From contig NC_057728.1 of the NCBI RefSeq assembly GCF_004010195.1, forward strand, positions 52,282,401 to 52,346,400: a DNA stretch of 64,000 nucleotides, in the 5' to 3' direction. The number at the start of each line of letters is the position of its first letter. The stretch's first letter is position 1. Source of the DNA: Chiloscyllium plagiosum (taxonomy: Eukaryota). Below are positions 1 through 43,400 of this stretch, piece after piece. The notes beneath the pieces are model-generated. The model ran no database searches. It worked only from the letters and a program-made list of their open reading frames with translations, and was not told the origin of the DNA. The position numbers and the translations under genes were made by a program.

Positions 1-159
1 GATGTTTATTGTTCTTGGAGATCAGTTATTTCAGCTCCAGGGCATCTGTGCAGGAGTTCCTCAGGTTAGTGTCCTTAGCCTAACCATCTTTAGCTGCTTC
101 ATCGTAACGCATCCATCATTAGATCAGAAGACAGGATGCACTGACGATCCAACTGTACA

Positions 160-680
160 CACTTGGAAATACTGCGTACAGTTCTGGCCACCGCATTATA
201 GGAAGGATGTCGAAGCTTTGGAAAGGATTCAGGGTAGATTTACGAGAATGTTGCCTGGTATGGAGGGAAGGTCTTGTGAGGAAAGGCTGAAGGACTTGAG
301 GCTGTTTTTGTTAGAGAGAAGGTTGAGAGGTGACTTAATTGAGACATAAGATTATCAGAGGGTTAGATATGGTGGTCAGTGAGAGCCTTTTTCCTCAGAT
401 GGAGATGGCTAGCATGAGGGGACATAGCTTTAAACTGAGGGGTGATAGATATAGGACAGGTGGCAGAGGTAGTTTCCTTACTCAGAGTAGTATGGGCATG
501 GAATGCACTGCCTGTAATAGTAGTGGACTTGCCAACTTTAATGGTAGTCAAGTGGTCATTGGATAAACATATGGATGAAAATGGAATAGAGTAGGATAGA
601 CAGACTTCAGCTTGGTTCCACAGGTCAGCACAACATCGAGGGCCAAAGGGCCTTTACTTCGCTGTATGTTCTATATTCGA
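160..680 (+). mobile_element. CR1-clade LINE 3' fragment
   Basis: [28 protein letters not shown]...RRLRGDLIE motif followed by the 3' UTR. Confidence 0.85.
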
Positions 681-861
681 AACAACTTTTAGCACCATTT
701 CCAACTCTTCAGCTACTGAAACAGATAATGTCTAAATGCAGCAAACTTGGACAATATCCAGTCTTGGGCTGACATATGGTAAGTACTAATGGTGCTAAAC
801 AACTGGCAAGCAATGACCACCTCCAACTGCAGAGAATCTAACCATCGCCCTCAATGTTCAA

Positions 862-1110
862 TGCTGGTACCACCCCCGTTGACAGTGAAGACGAAAAGAT
901 CATTGCCAACGGCTCTGCAATTTCCTCTCTTGCTTCCCACATAATCTTAGGATATATCCCGTCAGGCCCGGGGGACTTGTCTATCCTCAGGTTTTTCAAA
1001 ATGCCCAACACATCTTCCTTCCTAACAAGTATCCCTTTTAGCTTACCAGTCTGTTTCACACTCTCCTCTTCAACAATATGGTTCCTATCATTTGTAAATA
1101 CTGAAAAGTA
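862..1110 (-). mobile_element. CR1 ORF2 fragment (pre-RT region)
   Basis: DKSPGPDGIYP.I.WEAREEIAEPL..IF..SL.TGVVP. Confidence 0.8.
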
Positions 1111-1829
1111 CTTGATGGGCTGAATAGCCTATTTTCTGCTCCTATGTCTTACGGTCTTATAGTAGTCAGTGGACATATCAGTGAAAGACTGCCAATGTAC
1201 TTTTAAGGAAAGAAAATCACTTTTGTTCCTTATAAAAGTAAAAACAGCCACATATTTAACATTATTTTAGAATTATTTGAAATGGTCTTAATACAACTAC
1301 TTAGAACTAAAGATTTAACCCCTTTATCCTCAATACCAACTTCACAGATACTCACCTCAGAGAGAGGTTATCCTGTTTCTACTGTACTTTGATGATGGAG
1401 TAGTGAATTTTATAGATGTTGAGCCAATCATGTGGGCTGCTTTGTCCTGGATGGTATCAAAGTTCTTGAGCTTCTCAGCTTAAACTAATCCTAGAACATC
1501 CAGTGTCAAATTGGGAGTGACTGTGGGTAATATCCTGTTCTGATGCATTTTCACAGAGGATGATCATGGGATTTAACATAATGGAAATCCAAAAAGATCC
1601 CCAAAGCTCTCACCCACTTATAAAATAATTGACAGGTGACAACAAATTAATGATTACGTTTCTGCTTCCTTTAAAAAAATAAAATTTATGGTTATAATTT
1701 TTTGTGAAAATAACATTGTTCATCCTTGATTATAAACCAGAAAATTGGATGCACAAGTGTTGAAACTCCATTTGTGATTTTCTTTTCCTTCATTGGCTGG
1801 TGAAATCACTCCGTTACATTCATAGTGTT

Positions 1830-2150
1830 AGTGATAACGCCAAGGCATCGGTAATCCAAAGGCTGGGACAAATGATTCACAGCCACGAAATCAGATCCCA
1901 TCATTGGTGCATTTACTCAAATTTGGAGTAAAAAATGGCCTAACAGTGACCATGTAAGCACTATTGATTGTTATAAAAACCTATCTCGTTCAGTAAAATC
2001 CTTTTAGGGAGGCAGTCTGCCCCCCCCTTATCTGGTCTGGCTTATATGTGATTTCAGACCCACAACAATATGGTCAAGGCTTAACTACCCTCTAGGCAAA
2101 TAGGAATAAAATGATGGCTGAGCCAGTAATGCTCACACCCCATGAATAAA
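1830..2150 (+). mobile_element. Degenerate SINE-like repeat with CR1-type tail; related copies near 14230-14610(-), 26630-26870(+), 30710-31043(-) and 37210-37535(-)
   Basis: Shared blocks 'gttcactaatgtccttcagggaagg...ggtctggcctacatgtg' and 'gggcaataaatgctggc...' recur across the window; boundaries approximate. Confidence 0.55.
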
Positions 2151-3115
2151 TTAGAAACAAATTAAATCCTTAAACAAATTTGTAATAAAAAGCTGACATC
2201 TGTAATGGTGACCATGAAACTAAGAGATGTCATTGAAACCATCTGGTTCACTCAAGTCCTCTGGGTTTGATAACTGCCAATGATCTGCAGGTGTCTCCAG
2301 ATGGTTGGCTCTGATGAAAGGTCATCGGCCTGAAACATTTGCTCTGTTTGTCTCCACAGATGCTTTCCAGCTGTTTTCAAATTCTTAATTCAGATTTGTC
2401 ATAGCATTGTGTAAAGCGATATCGTGCTTTTGTGTTGGTTGGCTCTGAACCTCCCTCCAAAATGATCAAGCTACAAACTACTCAGTTGCAGCAGAAATCA
2501 ATATGATGGATTAAGTTGGCAGTTCACCACCATCTTTTCAAGTGTAGTTGGCCTGGGCAATAAATGTTGGACTCTCCAGCAATGTCCACATCCTGAATGA
2601 AATTAATAATTAACAAAATAAATCATGTATATTTTCACATTCCCTTCCAAGTGTGGATGTCACAGAAATCAGTATAATTCTATGACCTATATGCTGGTTA
2701 TATTCTCTTATATTTTTAGTCGTAACATCTGACAGACAATTCGCACATAGAAATCTCCTACAAACAGCAATATATTAAAGATATACAGATAATTCTTTTT
2801 CTTAGTGATGTTGATTGAGAGAAAAATATTAGCTAGGAATTGGCGACTACTCCCCTACCCATCTCCAAAATTATGCCAAGGAATCTTTTGCATACACCTC
2901 TGGGGTAGACGGGATTACTGTCTAAAGTCTCATCCTTAACGCAATACTTCAGCCATCAGTGCAGCAACTGTCACAGCAGCCACAGTGTTTTGCAAAGAAT
3001 TTATACTACCCTTTGAGCAGAGGGATTAATGATTCCTGATTTTAGTCCTGGCTCTTATTACTTCTCCCTGGATATCTTTCTAAAAGGCTATTTTAACTGA
3101 TCTGATTGCATTTAG

Positions 3116-35783
<32,668 letters not shown>

Positions 35784-36202
35784 GACAGCAGAACTTAAGA
35801 CAAAACTGGAATATTCATTATTTCTGTGCAAGCTATTTTCCATCGATGTGCTTTTTACAAAAATGTGTTCAAGTTGATTGTTGTAAAGAATGTTTTGTGT
35901 TATTATGAGATCTTTGGATTTTCAGTCAAGGTGTAGGTATAATTAGGTTTTATAACCATATTTTATTTTTTGCAATATCCATCTCCAGTGTAGATTTTCC
36001 AGGTAAGGGAATATCAGAACCAATGCTAGAACCCAGCGTGAAGAAGGCAGCTTGCCCAATTTTCTGTCCATTGTAAAAATGAAGTCTCAATCCTCATGGT
36101 TTCTGCTCTTCCACCTACTTGGTGAACTTGTTCTCATTGTAGATGCAGGACCAACAAAATATGTTCCAAATTGTAACAACAAATTTGTACTAATGTTTAA
36201 TG

Positions 36203-36435
36203 GAGAAAGTGAGGTCTGCAGACGCTGGAGATCAAAGCTGAAACTTTATTGCTGGAACAGCACAGCAGGTCAGGCAGCATCTAGGGAACAGAAGATTCGA
36301 CGTTTCGGGCACATGCCCTTCTTCAGGAAGGGCATGTGCCCATTCCTGAAGAAGGGCATGTGCCCGAAACGTCGAATCTTCTGTTCCCTAGATGCTGCCT
36401 GACCTGCTGTGCTATTCCAGCAATAAAGTTTCAGC
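36203..36435 (-). mobile_element. Fold-back non-coding PLE derivative (family A), 94-bp arms, 15-bp TSD, in the probable CAPS2 3' UTR
   Basis: 36236-36329 versus 36343-36436 are reverse complements with 1 mismatch; TACTAATGTTTAATG at 36188-36202 and 36436-36450. Confidence 0.92.
36342..36377 (+). ncRNA. Minimal type I hammerhead ribozyme motif, intact core (mirror copy on the minus strand at about 36295-36329)
   Basis: AUUC-CUGAAGA-A-GGGC-AUGU-GCCC-GAAAC-GUC-GAAU; stem I AUUC/GAAU, palindromic ACGU in place of stem III. Confidence 0.75.
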
Positions 36436-39202
36436 TACTAATGTTTAATGCCTAACAAGCAATCTCATTGATTTTATGGGGTGTGCTTTATTTTTGGAGC
36501 ATTTTGAGAGGTGATGAGGGCAATTTGATCTTTAAGTACAGCCACCAATAAATACCCTGTTCATGCATTCAATTGTAAGCTCTTATTATGGTAAGCACTA
36601 TACTTCAGAAGTACTTACTTGACTGAACAGCAATCGGGATGTCCTGAGGTTGTGAAAGATGCTACATAAATTTAAATCTTGCTTCAAATGAATAAGTTTT
36701 AAGTGCAGAATATGGAACAAAATCTATAAATTTTCAATGGCAAATTGATTGGCAGTTAGCCTCCTTGTTGTGTGAGTTGATAGGAATGTAGCCTCAGAAT
36801 TATGATGACATCATCTGCTACACTTCCTTACAGTTGAAGCAGATTGCTTAGAACCAAACTCTGTTGCAAGTGTTACATATGAGGTTGTTACTTGCATGTG
36901 CTGAATGTCCCCTTGGAGTCTGAGTTTTCTGAAGATTGATCTACGCATATGGTTTCCTTTTCAGGCAAAAAAATGCCAGATTGGTAGAAAGTTATTTTTC
37001 CCATTAACTATTTCAGTGATACCTTGTGTTGAAGTATATAGGATTTTACAGCAGAGCATTTGGACATTTGTGCTCAAAACAAGCTTCGCTCCAACCACCC
37101 TTCTTCATAACCTCCCATTCCTTTCTCCCTTGTGAATATCTCCAGCTTTGCCTTAAATGCATCCTTGCAATTTGCCCTCATCTGTTTGATTTCTCTTCCT
37201 TTATGCTTTAAAGGAATGTGGGGCTGCTGATGCTGCCAGCATTTGTCACCCATCCTTAATTGCCTCTGAATGGAGTGATTTGCAAGGCCATTTCAGAGAG
37301 CAGTCAAGAGTGAACACATTGCTATGGATCTGGAATCATGTGCAGGCCAGATTTCCTTCGATAAAGGGCATTAATGAATGTGATAGGTCTTTACAATGAT
37401 AATTGTCATCATGAGACTAGTTTTCAACTCTAGTTGTCTTGATTGAATTTAAGTTCTACCAACTACCAAACCAGTGTTCTTCACTATTAGTCTAGCCTCT
37501 ATTATTAGTCCAGGGATATTAACACTACACCACTGTGTCTTTGGCTGGTCATGAGATCTGTCTGGGAAGAGAAGTTCAATCTGAATTCCCTGCTGAAAAT
37601 TTGGTGACTGTCTTGTATTGATGGCCTCAAGTGTTGCTCTTCTGCACTCAATTCTTCATTTAAAGTATAAGATGGTCATTCATTATATGTAACGCTGCCT
37701 ACCTAGCTCACCAACCTTGCAAATGCCACAAAAAATATAAAGAAACAACTTCATCCTTGAGAGGCCTGTTGAGAATTGTTACTAATTAAGTTATATTAAT
37801 TTATTTCTATTTAAATAGAGAAAATTACTATGATGATAAATAGTTAAACTACTTGTTGACAGTGTTCTAATGTATTTGATTAGATGTACTTGGACTGCAT
37901 GTATTTTGATTAATCTTTTGCTTTTGATATTTTAATTTTTAAATTGTAACATCATTTCTTGACATGAATGAAATGCATTATAATTAAATGAATTGCCAAA
38001 TGGATTTTGATGCAAATATGATTCACTGTCCTCTACACACCAAAACATCAGCAAGGGAGGAGGAAGAACCTGACATTGCGTTTTTAAAAATATTTCTGAA
38101 GTATGACAAGAGTGCTACTACCAATACATAGTTAATGGTTTCTACCCTCAACCTTGAGTCAGAAAATCATAGGTTTGAGTCTTACTAAGACCTTAACACC
38201 AACACCAGGCCAACAGGGCACAGTAGAGAGTAAGTTAAGTTCTGCACAGTCCAAAGGCACCATCTTTCAGCCATGATCACAGACTGAAGTCTCCTTAACC
38301 TTCATACGTGGATGTAAAAAGCTTTCATGACATCATTGGAAGAGGAGCAGGGACAATCCTAGTGATTTGGGCAAGCGATTAATCAATTATTAATTAAAGT
38401 TAAATTTCACCAACTAGCATGCTGCGATTTTAACAATGACCCCATGGTATTTAACAAAAGACAAAGGACTGAAGATGCTAGAAATCAGAAACAAAAACAG
38501 AAATTGCAGAGAAAACTCAGCAGGTCTGTCAGCATCCGTGGGAGAAAGCAGGATTAACATTTTGGGTCTGTTGCCCCTTCAGAACTGACAACCTACACAT
38601 TTGATCTTCTGGATTACTAATCCAGTGACATTATTACCATATCACTATCTCTAGTGTTTAAATTGTCACAATAACCTCATGTTAGCAAATTGTTTTTTTC
38701 TCTCAAAATAACATGCTTCTACATACAAGAGACCATCACCCTGAACATACCTTCCTCAGACAGGTTGTGGCAGCTAAATGACTCTCTCCCAACCTGCTTT
38801 TGGACCATGACCATCCTGTAGTCCTGGTGACTCCCTCACTGATGGTACATACTTTCCCAGGTGTTTACTGTTCCCCAAATCACATCTTAATGTGGAAAGA
38901 GAAAATCATCTCATAAGATAAGCAACCTCTGATTGAAGGAGTAGCTCTTTGCATTCTGTTCCACTCTATTTTTTGGGCAGGGGTAATTAATTCAATTTCC
39001 CGGGTGATTTGGGGATTGTAGGGGCGATTCACCCTCTGCTCCAGTGTATGTTGAGCATTGCTAGTCATCAGTTGTTCTTTCTCTGTCTGTGGGATAGCCA
39101 TAATGACAAACATACAATCCACATTTCTGCCAGCCCACAGGAACTGCAACTGTTACTGAAGTTCCCCTTAGACAGCAGAAGGACGTGAGGACATCTGATA
39201 GA

Positions 39203-39412
39203 CATGATTTGGAGATGTCGGTGTTGGACTGGGGTGTACAAAGCTAAAAATCACACAACACCAGGTTATAGTCCAACAGGTTTAATTGGAAGCACTAGCT
39301 TTCGGAGCGCTGCTCCTTCATCAGGTGGTTGTGTGAGCAGCGCTCCGAAAGCTAGTGCTTCCAATTAAACCTGTTGGACTATAACCTGGTGTTGTGTGAT
39401 TTTTAGCTTTGT
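39203..39412 (-). mobile_element. Fold-back PLE derivative (family B) nested in a CR1 fragment, 12-bp TSD
   Basis: Inverted arms within 39235-39415; ACATCTGATAGA at 39191-39202 and 39413-39424. Confidence 0.9.
39293..39327 (-). ncRNA. Minimal hammerhead ribozyme motif (family B), intact core
   Basis: Minus strand reads CAC-CUGAUGA-A-GGAGC-AGC-GCUCC-GAAAG-CUA-GUG. Confidence 0.7.
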
Positions 39413-39597
39413 ACATCTGATAGAGGTTTCCAAACTCCTGGGCAGGCTGGATAGAGTAGATAGGGAGAAGCTATTCCCACCAGTTATAAGTACAAGACGA
39501 GAGATTTAAAGACATTTGCAAAAAGTACAGTTGCGAAAGAAAAAAAACATTTTTCATTCATTGAGTAGTTAGGGTCTGGAATGCACTGCCTGTAAGT

Positions 39598-39807
39598 TAA
39601 AAATCACACACCAGGTTATAGTCCAACAGGTTTAATTGGAAGCACTAGGGTTATAGTCCAACAGGTTTAATTGGAAGCACTAGCTTTTTGAGCGCAGGTC
39701 GATCCAAAAGCTAGTGCTTCCAATTAAACCTGTTGGACTATAACCTGGTGTTGTATGATTTTTAACTTTGTACATCCCAGTCCAACACCGGCCATCTCCA
39801 AATCATG
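39598..39807 (+). mobile_element. Second fold-back PLE derivative (family B) in the same CR1 fragment, hammerhead core lost, 13-bp TSD
   Basis: ACTGCCTGTAAGT at 39585-39597 and 39808-39820; internal 35-bp tandem duplication ggttatagtccaacaggtttaattggaagcactag. Confidence 0.88.
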
Positions 39808-39869
39808 ACTGCCTGTAAGTGTAATGGAAGAAGTCCAATTTAAACATTTAAGAAGGCTTTAGAATCTGT

Positions 39870-40460
39870 ATACGGTACCATCGTTTCTGCGCCAGCTCTC
39901 TGAGCATTTTAACTCAACGCCAATCTCCAGCCCTTTTTACCCCGTGGTCCCGCACATTGTAATTAAGTGATCAGGTCCTGGTCTCTGCTGTCTCGGGATT
40001 ACTGCAACGTAGGGAGTTACAGCTCACAGCGTTAGTTGTGGACAGACTCCAGCGGAGTTGCGCAGGCGCCTGGGTGGAATTGTCGCACTTTCGGCGTAAG
40101 GGAACGGGGAGGCGCAAGAATCTGCGCGGGGCTGGTGGCGTTGGAGCTTCTTTAAAGCGTTTCCATCATTAATGCAGAACGTTAGAGAGGCTGCATTTAT
40201 TTTGCGGTTGCATTGATCCAGTTTAACGGCTGTTTGTTTTGTGTGTGTGTGTGTACAGGAGGGAGGTGACGGCCGGCCCGCCCGGCTCCGGGCGCTGATT
40301 CCTGCCCGCATTCCGAGCTCTGCACCCCGGCGGAGAGAACCATGCAGCGGCCGGGCTCAGTGCAACAAAAAATCCCCACCGCTTTCAGCACCGCAGTGAA
40401 GGATGAGCCAGCAACTAAGCGCCATAACCAGGTATGGAGCAGCCACTGCCTGGGTCTAGG
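39870..40460 (+). promoter_or_regulatory. CpG-rich promoter / first-exon region of RLIG1 with an NRF1-like site TGCGCAGGCGCC (40059-40070)
   Basis: Marked local rise in CpG and GC content around the RLIG1 ATG in an otherwise CpG-depleted window; motif read directly. Confidence 0.65.
40342..40431 (+). CDS. RLIG1: RLIG1 coding exon 1 ([30 protein letters not shown])
   Basis: accATG Kozak context, gtatgg donor. Confidence 0.92.
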
Positions 40461-43400
40461 AGGGACCATGTGCAAAATGCAGAGCTCTCTCCAGGTTGCA
40501 GTCATTTAAAAAAAACTTTAAAAGAGAAAGTACTCATCATATCCGGAGCAAAGGTGCAAATTCCGGGCTTTCAGTTTTAATTCATCATTTTACAAGTCGA
40601 AAAAGCACCCGGCCATCTGGTTTAAGATGGGAATCTGCCCAGGATATCTAGACAGAGAGAGATGGGGAAAGTTTCTGTGATTTCCTGCGTTGCGAAGATG
40701 CATTTAGATGGCGCCTTTCGCGAACACCTGGATGTTGCCATAAAATGTGTCACAGTCGATGAATTGCATCCGAAAGCATAGCTTCACCTCCTCTCTCTTC
40801 TCCTCCTCCTCCCCCCCCCCCCCACTATAATTTAGGAAATGTCGCAGGCAATTAAGCTTCTGTGACCAGCAATGTGGTTTATAAAGAAGTTTTTTTAGAA
40901 ACCTTAGTGTGGAAACAGGCCCTTCCATTCAACAAGTCCACATTGACCCTCTGAAGAGTATTCCATCTAAACCCATTTCCCTAACCTATTACTCTTCATT
41001 TACCCCTGACTACTGTACCTAACCTACACATCTCTGAACACCATGGGCAATTTAGCATAGCCATTTCACCTAACCTGCACATCATTGGATTGTGGGAGGA
41101 AACCGGAGCACCTGAAGGAAACCCACGCAGACACAGGGGCAGTGTGCAAACTCCACACAGACAGTCGCTCAAGGCTGTTTCTGTGTTGTATGGAACTTTG
41201 TGCTGAGTCCATCAGGAAGGATGCAAGCCTGAGTTGGGTGACTATTCCTGGCAGCAGAGGCCTGCAGGTCACAGCCTCTCTGTACGTGGATGATGTTGCT
41301 GTTTTCTGCTGTGATCCGCTCGCTCTGCGCAGACTCCAGAGTATCTCAAACAATCTGAATTGGCCTTGGGACTCAAGGAAAGAGTGAAGCCGTGTTCTTT
41401 GAGAATTGGCCTGACTGATCCTTTATCCACTTCACCGTCAGGTCACATTTATGGTGTTGGGAGGATCTGGGACATGTGCAAAATCTTGGGAGGAGCATAT
41501 TGCCAAAGTGATACAGGAACTGGGTTGATGGGAGCACTGTTCTCTCTCCAGATATGAGTTCCTGTCAGTGTTGTACATATCTGGCCCATTCCCTGAGCCT
41601 GTGTCACTGCAATTACCCAAGCCATCTTTCACTTCATCTGGAGGTTGAAAAATGGATTGAGTCTGCAGGGACACCATGTATAAAACTCTGGTTAAAGGGG
41701 AGGGAAAAAATGTACCCAACGCTGCCCTCCCCCTGATGGCCTCCTTTGTGTATGGCTGCATCAAGCTGTGTATACACTCTGGGTATACAAACACCAATTG
41801 TCACTGCTGAGGCTCTACCTGTCCCTGATGTTGTGAAGGATGGGTCAGGCCTCGTTGCTGCAGAACGCACCGAGTAGTCGGACTGTCTATCATGGACAAG
41901 TTTGTAAATGAAGAAACCTTTGGCTACAAGTTCATTAGGAAGTGGTCAGCACGTAGCATTCTTGAGACCCTGTGGGAGAAGGAGAGGGTGGATCCTATTG
42001 GGTGGTTCTTTGAGCAGACTGTCAAAAAACATTTGCTAGAATGCATCGTTGCCAGAACGTCCGAACAAGGACTAAGACGTAGTTTGGCTGGTGCTGGGGA
42101 GGGTGGTTTCTGAGAGATCCTGGCCCTGTTAGCTTTATTAATGTTTACTTCTAGTACCTGCCACTCTGCTAAATATGAGTTTAAAAACAATGCTCTGATT
42201 GTACTCCATGTATGGGTGGTATTGACTGCAAACACAATCGTTTAACAAACTACACAGAAGCTTTCTTTGGAAAAAGTCACCATTTCATTTGTGAATACTT
42301 CTGTATTAAAATTCCTTTTCAGAGAAGTTGTTAAATTCATCTAAAACCCTAGTTTGCCCTCAACTGGATTATTCTGGAGTCACACTTTAGAAAGGATGTG
42401 AAGGCATTGGAGAAATTGCAGAAGAGGCTGTTGCAAATGTTTCCTAGGATGACGAACTTCAGTTACGAAGATAGATTGGAGAAGTTGGAACTTTATCCTT
42501 AGGAGAAGAGAAAGTTGAGGCGAGATGCTCATCATGAGAGATGCGGACAGACTAGATAGAAACACACTTCCTATTTAAGGTAGCTAGGAAAAGAAACAAG
42601 AGTGTTCCCTCTGCAGGTGGTTCGGGTCGGGGTGCTGAGTGTAAGTTCAGTAAACCGGCTTTAAAAGGTCATTAGATTATTTGAGGAGAAAGAAAATTGC
42701 AGGACAACAGGGAAAGTGGGATGAGGTGAATTATTGAGGGCTTGAACAGCCACTTCCTGCAACCGACTTAGGGAATGCTTGCTCATCATATCTTCAACCA
42801 GATCTCCAGATGGTTATTTCCACACTGACTGGATTGATTCATCAATCTAATCTGTTTGTACTCCATTGGGTCAGATCCTTCATTTATAAACTTGTTTTCA
42901 GTCTTACAGAGTTTTGGCGACCGGAGAGCTAAGTCTGAAGGCACTGGAGGCAGGCATACACCATGCGATTGCTACTGAGAAAGTGGATGGCTCCTGTTGT
43001 TATGTCACAAAGTACAAAGGTAACAGCTGATGAGCCATTGTTTCAAAAAGTGAGAAAAGTGCTTTTTAAAAATGCATTAAAGCATAGACTATAGCATAAT
43101 GATAATGTTACTGTTCTAGCATTCAGAGGCCCAGATTAATGATCTGGAGATGAGTTCAGCTGCTACTGTGACAACTGGGAGAGTTTAAATTCAGTAAATT
43201 AATCTCTAAAATAAAAATCTCGCCCCATTAATAATTGATTGTAATTGTGCATAGTTCATTGAAGAAATTCAGAATGTGGTTATTAAAGCAGATGGTATTT
43301 TAGACTTTATTAATAGTGGAATAGCGTTTAAGGAGGTGATGTTGAACTTTTAATTTTCGTTCATTCAAGCCTCTGCTTGAGTATTGGTTTGATTTATTAT

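Noticed and set aside
1557..1635. Candidate upstream CAPS2 exon (tcacag acceptor, cag|gtgac donor)
   Set aside because: Stop codons in all three frames and no recognisable CAPS2 similarity
39613..39683. 35-bp direct repeat, possibly CRISPR-like
   Set aside because: Two adjacent units with no spacers, eukaryotic context; an internal duplication of a PLE arm
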